From NCBI GenBank assembly GCA_903873735.1, contig CAIQPO010000037.1, positions 1-46,538 on the forward strand: a DNA stretch of 46,538 bases. Direction: 5' to 3'. Shown piece after piece: positions 20,095-28,306 of this stretch. The position numbers were made by a program, and so were the translations under genes. Every line of letters starts with the position of its first letter. The stretch's first letter is position 1. The notes under the pieces were generated by a model. That model was not told the DNA's origin. It did not search any database and saw only the letters and a program-made list of their open reading frames with translations. This stretch comes from Candidatus Collierbacteria bacterium. Its GTDB lineage: Bacteria; Patescibacteriota; Microgenomatia; UBA1400; MFAQ01.

Positions 20095-21933
20095 CTATTT
20101 CACAAACTGCAGGTAGAGGCGGCGTACGCCAGAACCAAGCGACTCCTGCTTAACTACTTTTATCTTAGCAAGTTTACCGGTATTCGTCACATGGGGACCG
20201 CCACAAAATTCTTTGGAAATTGTTTTTTTGTCATCCCCTATGGTGTAAACGGAAACAGTGTCTGGATACTTTTGGCCGAAAAAAGCTAATGCGCCGGAGT
20301 TTAGAGCTTCATCTTTAGGCATTTCAGTCCTAGTAACGGGAAAATTACCAATTATCGAAGAATTTATATCTGCCTCGATTTTTTGGATTTCTACATCAGA
20401 CAATTTTTCCTCACAAGAAAAATCAAACCGTAATCTTTCGGCAGTAATGTTTGAGCCTTTTTGCTGAACATGATTACCAACTATTCGGCGAAGAGCAGAA
20501 TGAAGTAGATGGGTGGCAGTGTGATAGGCAGTAACTGTATCAGAATGGTCTGCCAACCCGCCTTTAAACATGCCGGCAGATGAGGTTCTGGAAAGGATTT
20601 GATGTTTTTCGAATTCAGTCTTAAACTGATCGAGATTTATTTTCTTACCGAATTGAGAAAGAATTTCAAGAGTTATCTCAAGCGGAAAGCCATAGTTCTG
20701 GTAAAGGTCAAAGGCACCTTTGCCATCAATATCTTGATTTTTGTTTAGCTCCTTAATTCCACGATCTAAGCTTTTTGAGAACTTGTCCAGTTCACCGGAG
20801 ATGGTTTGAATAATTTGATCACGATTTGATTTATCAAAGTAAACTCCTTGGTATATATCCATGACTGAGCCGGCAAGTGTCGATAGTTCACCTAAGCCTT
20901 CTCTACTGCCTGTAAGGAAATAATGTTTCACCGCGGCTCTTCGCAAGAGACGTCTTAAGACATACCCCTGAGCTTTATTTGAGGGAATGACTCCATCATT
21001 TATTAGGAAGGTAGCTGCGGTAAGGTGGTCGGCAATGATGCGCATTGGGGGCTTGTTGGCATCATCTTCATACGACTTGCCTGTAATCTTGGATATTGAC
21101 TTTATTAGGGATGAAAATGCAGAAGTATTGAAGACGTCAGAGTCGTTGTTTATTGCTGCAGCCAACCTGGTAAGACCTCCTCCAAAGTCAATATTTTTTG
21201 CTGGGAGCTCTGAAAGACTACCGTCAGGCTGTTTTATGTATTGCATAAACACAGAGTTGCCGATCTCTAGATATCTACCACAATCACAGTTTGGATGACA
21301 AGGTTCGTCTTTCCAGATAGATTTTTGGTGGAGATTTTCGTCGGGACCAAAATCGTAAAAAACCTCACTGTCCGGACCACCAGGCTCGCCAGTTGGCATT
21401 TGGTCTGGGGTTCCAGCTCTTGACCACCAGTTCTTCTTGGCAGGATATGAGAAAATTCTCTCGTCTTCTTTGGCGTCTATTCCGTGTTGTGCAAAAAGTT
21501 TTTGCCAAATAACGACGGCTTCGCTGTCTTTTTCCACCCCATTCCCGCCAGAAAAGACACTTACGTACAGCTTATTTGGATTAATACCTAAACCTTCTTT
21601 GGGGTCTGTAAGGAAGGTATAAAACCAGTCAAGTTGCTCATTTTTAAAATAGTCCCCTAGTGACCAGTTGCCTAACATTTCAAAAAAAGTGGTGTGACGA
21701 TTATCTCCAACCTCCTCAATATCTTGAGATCTAAAACATTTTTGACTGTCGACAACACGATTACCCAGGGGGTGCTTCTCACCTAAAAGGTATGGCATCA
21801 TTGGTTGCATGCCTGCAGAAGTAAACAGAGTAGTGGCATCACCTTCTGGGACGAGAGAGGTGGAGGGGATGATTGCATGCCCTCTTTTGGAAAAGAAATC
21901 TAGATATTTTTGACGAATAGAGTTTATGTCCAT
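20095..21933 (-). CDS. alaS: Alanine--tRNA ligase, short form lacking the C-Ala domain
   Basis: 612-aa ORF. The N-terminus reads IRQKYLDFFSKRGH...FTSAGMQP...FEMLGNWS. Editing-domain motifs HTATHLLH and CGGPHV are present, and the protein ends about 25 aa after the latter. Confidence 0.95.
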   Translation of the reverse strand: MDINSIRQKYLDFFSKRGHAIIPSTSLVPEGDATTLFTSAGMQPMMPYLLGEKHPLGNRVVDSQKCFRSQDIEEVGDNRHTTFFEMLGNWSLGDYFKNEQLDWFYTFLTDPKEGLGINPNKLYVSVFSGGNGVEKDSEAVVIWQKLFAQHGIDAKEDERIFSYPAKKNWWSRAGTPDQMPTGEPGGPDSEVFYDFGPDENLHQKSIWKDEPCHPNCDCGRYLEIGNSVFMQYIKQPDGSLSELPAKNIDFGGGLTRLAAAINNDSDVFNTSAFSSLIKSISKITGKSYEDDANKPPMRIIADHLTAATFLINDGVIPSNKAQGYVLRRLLRRAAVKHYFLTGSREGLGELSTLAGSVMDIYQGVYFDKSNRDQIIQTISGELDKFSKSLDRGIKELNKNQDIDGKGAFDLYQNYGFPLEITLEILSQFGKKINLDQFKTEFEKHQILSRTSSAGMFKGGLADHSDTVTAYHTATHLLHSALRRIVGNHVQQKGSNITAERLRFDFSCEEKLSDVEIQKIEADINSSIIGNFPVTRTEMPKDEALNSGALAFFGQKYPDTVSVYTIGDDKKTISKEFCGGPHVTNTGKLAKIKVVKQESLGSGVRRLYLQFVK

Positions 21934-21962
21934 TTGAGTACAAATTATAACTGATAGAGCAT

Positions 21963-21988
21963 ATAAAAACCCACCGGTTAGGTGGGTT
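21963..21988 (-). terminator. Rho-independent terminator of the zinc-ribbon-protein cassette
   Basis: Minus strand has an 8-bp stem AACCCACC/GGTGGGTT with a 5-nt loop, followed by TTTTATAT. It starts 6 nt after the ORF stop. Confidence 0.8.
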
Positions 21989-21993
21989 GTATT

Positions 21994-22527
21994 TTAGTAG
22001 ACGGGAATAATCTTCCCGGTGGGCGCACCGCAGTTGGTGCAAGAGCCAGGATTGTGGGTAAAGCCCGTGCCGCAATGATCACAGACGAGACGGATTTCTG
22101 AGATTCCGCTGCCGGCATAACGGCGACTGTTTTCCAATATTGCCTCGACGGAGACCCCAAGTTTGGAGGCGAGTATCTCGATCATTTTTTGGCGGAAATT
22201 TTTAACCAGGTCCACCAGGTCCTCATCGCGAGTGCGAACGGCTTTGACAATGCCGCCGCCCCGAGTCTCCGTGTTACTGATCGCAAATGAGATGTACCTG
22301 CAGGTTGGAGCAACTGCCTCAAGGCTAAATTGAAAGCCAACCTTTACTGCCACGGCAAAGGTAGAGTAAGGAACCTTGGCTACCAACCTGAATGCCTCAA
22401 GATCTGCTGTGTAGTTGATTTCCTTGCATGGTTCCAGTTTCAGTTGGGAAACTGCTTCGTCGAAGCATTCAATAACCAACTGCCCGGTGATTGGACGGGG
22501 GGAATAGACAGACATACAGATATTCAC
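21994..22527 (-). CDS. Hypothetical cytoplasmic protein (~177 aa) with a C-terminal zinc ribbon
   Basis: The C-terminus reads CDHCGTGFTHNPGSCTNCG (CxxC-x11-CxxC). There is no signal peptide. I prefer GTG at 22527, 5 nt after GGAGG. The ORF-track GTG at 22533 overlaps the SD, and ATG at 22515 is an alternative. It has its own promoter and terminator and C/G-ending codon bias. Confidence 0.62.
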   Translation of the reverse strand: MNICMSVYSPRPITGQLVIECFDEAVSQLKLEPCKEINYTADLEAFRLVAKVPYSTFAVAVKVGFQFSLEAVAPTCRYISFAISNTETRGGGIVKAVRTRDEDLVDLVKNFRQKMIEILASKLGVSVEAILENSRRYAGSGISEIRLVCDHCGTGFTHNPGSCTNCGAPTGKIIPVY

Positions 22528-22570
22528 AGACACCTCCGGAAGATGAAATTTGAAAGGAACAAGTGGGAAT

Positions 22571-22599
22571 ATTTTATCCTATAACTAGTTTTTAGTCAA
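22571..22599 (-). promoter_or_regulatory. sigma70-like promoter of the zinc-ribbon-protein cassette
   Basis: Minus strand reads TTGACT, 17 nt, TAAAAT. It lies about 30 nt downstream of the preceding terminator. Confidence 0.6.
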
Positions 22600-22629
22600 T
22601 TACTAACAAACATCTCTTAAAGAATTGCA

Positions 22630-22658
22630 TAAAAAAAGAGATCGCAGTTGCGATCTCT
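22630..22658 (-). terminator. Rho-independent terminator of the 61-aa peptide cassette
   Basis: Minus strand has a 9-bp stem AGAGATCGC/GCGATCTCT with a 4-nt loop, followed by TTTTTTT. Confidence 0.85.
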
Positions 22659-22665
22659 GATGTTT

Positions 22666-22851
22666 CTAGTTTATGAGTGAAATAACCACCCAAAGAATCA
22701 GGCAAATAGCTCCCGGCACGAAGGCGTAGGTTAGAATCCCCCAAATCAAAACAGAAAGATCATAGGAGCTAATGGCCTTCTTTGTCTGATAGAAAGAAAA
22801 TACAGACAAGATAATCAAGACCAAACCTGAAACTAAAAGTGCTACTTCCAT
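22666..22851 (-). CDS. 61-aa hydrophobic peptide with two predicted TM helices
   Basis: Sequence is MEVALLVSGLVLIILSVFSFY-QTKKAISSYD-LSVLIWGILTYAFVPGAICLILWVVISLI. A GGAGGAGT SD directly precedes the ATG, with short spacing. It has a dedicated promoter and terminator. Confidence 0.6.
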   Translation of the reverse strand: MEVALLVSGLVLIILSVFSFYQTKKAISSYDLSVLIWGILTYAFVPGAICLILWVVISLIN

Positions 22852-22896
22852 ACTCCTCCAAACTTGCAGCCTTAGACGGCAAAGTCAATTTGAGGA

Positions 22897-22925
22897 ATTG
22901 TAATATATAGCTGAAAATTTGTCAA
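22897..22925 (-). promoter_or_regulatory. Near-consensus sigma70 promoter of the 61-aa peptide cassette
   Basis: Minus strand reads TTGACA, 17 nt, TACAAT. It starts 13 nt after the YtxH-like gene stop. Confidence 0.65.
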
Positions 22926-22937
22926 CCTATAGCCTTG

Positions 22938-23237
22938 TTATCGAAGATATTCTGGTTTTTGTGGAGAAATTGCTGGAGGTGGAGGGGGAAGCTCCTCTGT
23001 GTAGGTGACATGATGGGGAGTTTCTTCCGGCATGGTAATTGGGGGTAAGAAATCAGGAACAGACTCTTTTTTTTCGTGAGTAACGAGAGTGTTTAATTTG
23101 AGGGGCAGGGAGTCGATAATTTCCTTAGCAAGTGATCTACCTTCCTTTGTGCCAAAAACCATAGCCCCTAAGACCCCAAGTGTTAGGCCGAGCATGAAAG
23201 TGTGGTATGTATTATCCTGATGTTTATTCTGACTCAT
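22938..23237 (-). CDS. YtxH-like membrane-associated protein with a Pro-rich tail
   Basis: 99-aa ORF. The segment FMLGLTLGVLGAMVFGTKEGRSLAKEI resembles the YtxH glycine-zipper/amphipathic motif. It overlaps the upstream DUF948-like gene by 14 nt. Confidence 0.5.
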   Translation of the reverse strand: MSQNKHQDNTYHTFMLGLTLGVLGAMVFGTKEGRSLAKEIIDSLPLKLNTLVTHEKKESVPDFLPPITMPEETPHHVTYTEELPPPPPAISPQKPEYLR

Positions 23238-23520
23238 AGCTGTCTACTTCGACTGGATGTGACCTTTTTTTACCGATAAGTTGCGAGACAACCTCGACAA
23301 TTTTTCCTGATTGTTTGAGTCCCTCAATGATGGCGAATAATCCCACTGCGGGTTGGGAAATTTTTTGGAGAGTAGTGTCTGCAGTATCGAGGGTGTCGTT
23401 TAGCTTGCTAACGGTGACTCGAAGATCTTTTAGTAAGACAATAAGCTGCACTCCGACTATGCTTGCTATAACTGTAAGCAGAGCGGTAGATACAAGAGAA
23501 ACAATTTGCATTGGTGACAT
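23224..23520 (-). CDS. DUF948-like small membrane protein (N-terminal TM helix plus coiled coil)
   Basis: 98-aa ORF with one N-terminal TM helix followed by a helical LKDLRVTVSKLNDTLDTADTTLQKI segment. Pairing with a YtxH-like gene is what I recall from Firmicutes. This is an inference. Confidence 0.45.
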   Translation of the reverse strand: MSPMQIVSLVSTALLTVIASIVGVQLIVLLKDLRVTVSKLNDTLDTADTTLQKISQPAVGLFAIIEGLKQSGKIVEVVSQLIGKKRSHPVEVDSYESE

Positions 23521-23545
23521 AAGTCAATAATAGCAGAGTAAGGCC

Positions 23546-24172
23546 TTACTGACTGATGATGGTTAGAGGAATTTTTTCTTCAGAGGTGCGACCGAAGCGG
23601 TTGGTGGCTTCAATTTTTAAGTTTAGTTCGCCGACAGCATGTGACATTCTAACAATGAAGTGACCAGAGGTATCTGCCTTGGCATACACCTCGTCGGCAA
23701 TGGATATTCTTACCCCAGGTTCGCTTATACCTTCAACCTCAAATGGACTGGTTAGCACTGAGCCGGATGCAGGTCTGACAATTTCAAGTGAAGGAGGCTT
23801 GATTACAGCTCTAAATTGAAAAAGAAGGTAGCCAGTGAAGACAATTACTGATAAAGCAACGACGATTAAGTGAGAGGGAAAATGGACTAAGGGAGTGTGT
23901 CGCTTGTGTATATTTTTGGTAGTTTTGTTTGGCTGTGGATGACGATAGTCTCGCCTAAAGATTGCTACCAAGTCGTTGGGGTTTTTATCTAGCCTGACAG
24001 ACAGGTTTCTAATAAAACCTTTAGCGACTGTTTCCGAAGGAAGCAAGTGATACTGATCTTTTTCCAGCGCCTCGATATACTTTTGATCAATACGAGTTAT
24101 GGAGGAAAGCTGGGCTGGGGTTAGCAGTTTATCAAGACGAGCTTCTTTTAAAATCTGACCAGCAGTTTTCAT
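23546..24172 (-). CDS. RodZ-like protein (XRE-type HTH, TM helix, C-terminal beta domain)
   Basis: 208-aa ORF with an N-terminal HTH (ILKEARLDKLLTPAQLSSITRIDQKYIEALEKD), a central TM helix and an extracytoplasmic beta-rich C-terminus. Confidence 0.6.
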   Translation of the reverse strand: MKTAGQILKEARLDKLLTPAQLSSITRIDQKYIEALEKDQYHLLPSETVAKGFIRNLSVRLDKNPNDLVAIFRRDYRHPQPNKTTKNIHKRHTPLVHFPSHLIVVALSVIVFTGYLLFQFRAVIKPPSLEIVRPASGSVLTSPFEVEGISEPGVRISIADEVYAKADTSGHFIVRMSHAVGELNLKIEATNRFGRTSEEKIPLTIISQ

Positions 24173-24174
24173 AG

Positions 24175-26316
24175 TTATCCATCTGATTCAGGTTCTTGTC
24201 CCAAGTACTCTTCAAAGCTATTAATAAGTATTTCGTGAGGTTTGTTCCCCTCCGCTGCCGAAATGATACCACGAGCATGGAGCTGGTCTATGATTCTCGC
24301 TGCTCTTGCATATCCAATCTCCAAGCGTCTTTGGAGAAGAGAGGCAGATGCCTTTTGAGAAGAGATGCAGATTCTAGCCGCTTCTTCGAATTTGTCATCC
24401 ACATCGCCTAAGTCCCTACCATCAAGAGAGGTGGTACCAGTGGACTTGGCTTTGGTAACGGTCTCGTCGTGGTTAGCAGAAACTCCAAGTGATTGGATAA
24501 ATTGGATAAGGTTACCAATTTCTTTTTCGGAAACCCAGGCACCTTGAATTCTTTTTGGTTTGGCTAGATCAGGTGGAATAAACAACATATCACCCTTGCC
24601 TAGGAGTTTTTCGGCTCCAGGACTATCGATAATAACGCGGCTATCAATCATCGAGGTGACCTGGAAAGCTATACGTGCGGGGATATTTGCTTTGATAAGA
24701 CCAGTAAGAACATTGACTGATGGTCTCTGGGTAGCTAAGACCAAGTGGATACCTACTGCGCGCGCCATCTGAGCAAGTCTGACTATGCATTGCTCTACAT
24801 CACCAGCTGACTTACTCATCATAATATCAGCCATTTCGTCGATAATAATGATGATATAAGGCATTGAGCTGTATCCTGAGAGCTCATGATAACTGGCGAT
24901 GTTTTTAACACCAGTTTCCTGGAAAATACGGTATCTTTTTTCCATTTCCGCCACAGCCCACGAAAGTGCATTGACCACTTTATCAACATCAACAATAACT
25001 GGAGTGAGCAGGTGAGGAATTGTTTGGTACGGAGTAAGCTCGACGCGCTTGGGATCTACCATAATAAACTTAACCTCTTCAGGGGAAGCACGGAAAAGTA
25101 TGGAGGAAATGAAGGTGTTTATGAGCACTGATTTTCCAGAACCTGTGGTTCCTGCAATAAGAATGTGCGGCATTTTTGCCAGGTCAACAACTGTAGCCTT
25201 ACCGGACACATCGAGACCCAGACTAGTAAGGGTTTTTGATTTACTCTCCCTCATGGGATCAGAGTTCAACATCTGTCTTAGAGAAACAAACTCTAGTGAC
25301 TTGTTGGGTATTTCAACACCGACAAGGTCTCTACCTGGAATTGGAGCTTCAATACGGATCTGACCTTGGGGAGCAGATAAGGCAAGAGCGAGATCTGATT
25401 GGAGGGCGTTGATTTTTGAGACTTTGGTACCCATGGCAATCTTGAGAGCATATTGGGTAACTGCAGGTCCATAATTGACCTCAACTACTTTGGCGAGAAT
25501 ACCAAAGGAGTTTAAGGTGTCTTGAATGATTTCAACATTTTTATTCACATCTCCTCTATCTGCCTTGCCTAGTTTTTGGTCAGATAACAGTGATATGGGT
25601 GGTGTTTGCCAAACTGTGTCCATGGCACCATCGGGACGAGTTAGTTTGGGCGAGGAGGTGACTAGAGGTTCGGAGTTTTGGATTTTTAGTTGTGGCTTGT
25701 CGTCTTTCTTGCCGAAGTCGACGGTTTCAGAACCCAAACCTGAGTCGTTTTTGTTTATCTTTACTTCGAATGGCTTGCCCTGAAAGACAAGGTCTTTGCT
25801 TTTTGGAGCAATACCTTTAGTTTTTTGAGCAATGTTTTGGATTTTTTCTGAGAGCTCTTGATATAAAACTATTAAGTCTTCGATTGAGGTTTCAAACAGG
25901 ATGATGATGCCAATAATGGCTCCAATGAGAAAAAAGAGAAAACTTCCTGGAGGGGATATGAGCGTAGCGACTGAGGTAAAAAGCTGCAAACCCAGAATTC
26001 CTGATTTTGATACTCCCGACATTGCCAGCATAACAATGACAGAACCAAGTAAGACATGTGGTGAGGCGATTGAAAGTTTGGCAGAAGTAATCATTAACCC
26101 TCCAACTACGAAGACGAAGGGAAGGAGTAGATAGGTCCAACCAAACACTGCTGTGCCAATTTCATAGACTTTGGTAAGAAAAGTGCCTTGCTGGAGAAAG
26201 GAGACAGCAATCAAACCACCTATTCCAGCAACTAAGATAGCAAAGATTGAATTCATGCTATCTTTTTTGATGCTGACTTTAAATGGTTTGTTGCGACGAC
26301 CTTTCTTTCGAGCCAT
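24175..26316 (-). CDS. ftsK: DNA translocase FtsK/SpoIIIE
   Basis: 713-aa ORF with N-terminal TM helices, Walker A AGTTGSGKS, Walker B IIIIDEMAD, and a C-terminal gamma wHTH (SASLLQRRLEIGYARAARIID). Confidence 0.95.
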   Translation of the reverse strand: MARKKGRRNKPFKVSIKKDSMNSIFAILVAGIGGLIAVSFLQQGTFLTKVYEIGTAVFGWTYLLLPFVFVVGGLMITSAKLSIASPHVLLGSVIVMLAMSGVSKSGILGLQLFTSVATLISPPGSFLFFLIGAIIGIIILFETSIEDLIVLYQELSEKIQNIAQKTKGIAPKSKDLVFQGKPFEVKINKNDSGLGSETVDFGKKDDKPQLKIQNSEPLVTSSPKLTRPDGAMDTVWQTPPISLLSDQKLGKADRGDVNKNVEIIQDTLNSFGILAKVVEVNYGPAVTQYALKIAMGTKVSKINALQSDLALALSAPQGQIRIEAPIPGRDLVGVEIPNKSLEFVSLRQMLNSDPMRESKSKTLTSLGLDVSGKATVVDLAKMPHILIAGTTGSGKSVLINTFISSILFRASPEEVKFIMVDPKRVELTPYQTIPHLLTPVIVDVDKVVNALSWAVAEMEKRYRIFQETGVKNIASYHELSGYSSMPYIIIIIDEMADIMMSKSAGDVEQCIVRLAQMARAVGIHLVLATQRPSVNVLTGLIKANIPARIAFQVTSMIDSRVIIDSPGAEKLLGKGDMLFIPPDLAKPKRIQGAWVSEKEIGNLIQFIQSLGVSANHDETVTKAKSTGTTSLDGRDLGDVDDKFEEAARICISSQKASASLLQRRLEIGYARAARIIDQLHARGIISAAEGNKPHEILINSFEEYLGQEPESDG

Positions 26317-26327
26317 AGGTAAGTTTA

Positions 26328-26361
26328 GTATAACCTATTGAGGCTCTTTTTTAGGTTATAC
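26328..26361 (-). repeat. Perfect 10-bp inverted repeat spanning the RNase J stop codon
   Basis: GTATAACCTA (26328-26337) pairs with TAGGTTATAC (26352-26361) across a 14-nt loop. No U-run follows on the minus strand. It lies in the 39-nt rnj-ftsK spacer. Confidence 0.85.
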
Positions 26362-28074
26362 CTCAAGAAGGATGGCAATGATCAGTGGTCTTCGTTGAGT
26401 CTGTTCGTATGCCCACTTCTCAAGCGTGCCTTCTATCTTTTTCCTAATAAATGACCAGTCTATAGCTTGACCTCTTAGGTCTTTTACACAGCCAAGTACC
26501 TGTTTCCTAGCGTCATTGATTAAGTCTCTAGATTCTTTTTGGTAGACAAAGCCTCGAGAAATTATTTCTATATCTCCTGAAATCTGTGAGTTGTCTTTTC
26601 GCAATGGTACGATGGCGACCAGAATGCCATCTTCGGCCATGACCTGTCTGTCTCTTAGAACAACTGTTCCAACATCACCAATACCAAGACCGTCAACATA
26701 AACATTTCTTGCTTCTACCTTTGGACCATCCTTGATACCATCTTTGTTGATAAGCAAGGTCTGACCTAGAAGGGTTATGATTTTGTCCTCGGAGTAGCCC
26801 ATGTCTTTTACGGCCATACTCTTGTAGATAGTGAGATGGCGAATATTACCACCCATTGGAGCGATATATTTCGGCTTTACTAGTCTGGCTAGAAGTTGCA
26901 TATCACCACTGTATCCATGTCCTGAGACGTGAATTTTTTCTGTTGATCCCGAATAAACTACTTCCACACCTCGGCCGTAAAGAGTGTCAATTAGCTCATA
27001 AACATCACCTTCGTTTCCAGGGATGGCGTCACTACTAATAACTACCTTGTCACCTTTTTTAAGCCTAATGATTCGATGTTCGTCATTTGCAATTCTATGC
27101 ATGGCGGAACCAGCTTGTCCTTGAGCACCTGAAACAATAACCACCACATCCTTACTTGGCATGTGTGGAACTTTTTGGGTTTCGATGAACAGGCCATTAG
27201 GAGCCTTTAGAAATCCGTGTTTGATGGAAGCTTCGACATTCTGTTCCACCGACCTGCCAACAAAAGCAACTTTTCGGTTGAATTTTACAGCAGCGTTGAT
27301 AATCATTTGTATTCTTGAAATTGAGGAGGCAATGGTAGTAAAGACAAATTTTCCTGAAGTACCTTGCATTTCACTCTCAAGTGCCTTCAAGAGAGATCTC
27401 TCAGAGGGACAAAAACCTGCCTTATCAACCTTCAAACTATCAGTAAGCATTAAATCTACTCCCTCGTCACCGGCTTTAGCCATGGCAGATAGGTCTGCCG
27501 GATGGTTGTCGAGTGGGGTTAGGTCGAATTTATAATCTGCTCCGTGGTAGACAGTGGCTGCGGGGGTTTTGATTAAGATGTGATAGCAGTTGGGAACTGA
27601 GTGGGTGGCGTGTATAAACTCAAGATGGAATGGTCCAAGGTTGAGAGTGCCTTCAGTGGGAGTCATCACGTTTTTGAGACCGAATTCTCTCACTTTAATC
27701 TCGGCTAGAGCAATAGCAAGAGATGACCCGTAAACACGAGCGTTGGGCAGTCTGGGCAAGATATATGGCAGACCACCAATATGATCCATATGAGCATGGG
27801 TCAGGATAATGCCATGAAATCTTTTCTTTGATTTCTCAATGTATGAGATATCAGGAATAATGGCGTCTACTCCAAGAGCTTCATCTTTAGGGAAGCCCAT
27901 TCCACAATCAATGGCGATTTGGTCGTCACCGTATTCGTAGACGTACATATTTTTAGTAACATCTCCAACACCTCCAAGCGGAATAAGCTTAAGGGTAGGT
28001 TGATTTGGTTTTACCGGCGGTTTGGGCCGATTATTTTGACCAGCACTAGCTGATCTAGGTTTTGTATTTTCCAT
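26356..28074 (-). CDS. rnj: Ribonuclease J (metallo-beta-lactamase / beta-CASP)
   Basis: 572-aa ORF with the HAHMDHIGG motif, beta-CASP region and C-terminal domain. It has a basic ~30-aa N-terminal extension. Confidence 0.93.
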   Translation of the reverse strand: MENTKPRSASAGQNNRPKPPVKPNQPTLKLIPLGGVGDVTKNMYVYEYGDDQIAIDCGMGFPKDEALGVDAIIPDISYIEKSKKRFHGIILTHAHMDHIGGLPYILPRLPNARVYGSSLAIALAEIKVREFGLKNVMTPTEGTLNLGPFHLEFIHATHSVPNCYHILIKTPAATVYHGADYKFDLTPLDNHPADLSAMAKAGDEGVDLMLTDSLKVDKAGFCPSERSLLKALESEMQGTSGKFVFTTIASSISRIQMIINAAVKFNRKVAFVGRSVEQNVEASIKHGFLKAPNGLFIETQKVPHMPSKDVVVIVSGAQGQAGSAMHRIANDEHRIIRLKKGDKVVISSDAIPGNEGDVYELIDTLYGRGVEVVYSGSTEKIHVSGHGYSGDMQLLARLVKPKYIAPMGGNIRHLTIYKSMAVKDMGYSEDKIITLLGQTLLINKDGIKDGPKVEARNVYVDGLGIGDVGTVVLRDRQVMAEDGILVAIVPLRKDNSQISGDIEIISRGFVYQKESRDLINDARKQVLGCVKDLRGQAIDWSFIRKKIEGTLEKWAYEQTQRRPLIIAILLEV

Positions 28075-28116
28075 ATTTTGAATTAATAGTAATTAATGGC
28101 TACGACAAATGTCTTA

Positions 28117-28140
28117 CCTATTTCACAAACTTGAAATAGG
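28117..28140. repeat. Perfect 9-bp inverted repeat CCTATTTCA-N6-TGAAATAGG in the divergent rnj / ATP-grasp intergenic region
   Basis: Read directly from the sequence. It lies 43-66 nt upstream of the rnj ATG. It could be an operator or a 5'-UTR hairpin. Confidence 0.85.
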
Positions 28141-28306
28141 GGTGATTTATTCTATTCTACACAACTGGAAACCTCGGGGTCTTTTGAGCAAATCTTTAAA
28201 AAGAGGATTGCAGAAGCAGTATCAGTTAAATCAATTCAGGTGACATTATAGCACAGCGAGATTTAAGTCTTTACTTTTTGGTTAAGGAGAGTACACTTTT
28301 TCTGAC

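Noticed and set aside
21839-22160. ORFs 21839..22075 and 21978..22160 spanning the alaS start, the terminator and the 3' end of the zinc-ribbon ORF
   Set aside because: They run through a terminator hairpin and overlap better-supported frames, and they have no RBS.
28097-28135. 12-codon ORF (MATTNVLPISQT) upstream of the ATP-grasp gene, considered as a possible RiPP or graspetide precursor
   Set aside because: It has no acidic residues for ester or amide cross-links, it overlaps the inverted repeat, and it has no RBS. Most likely it is a chance ORF.
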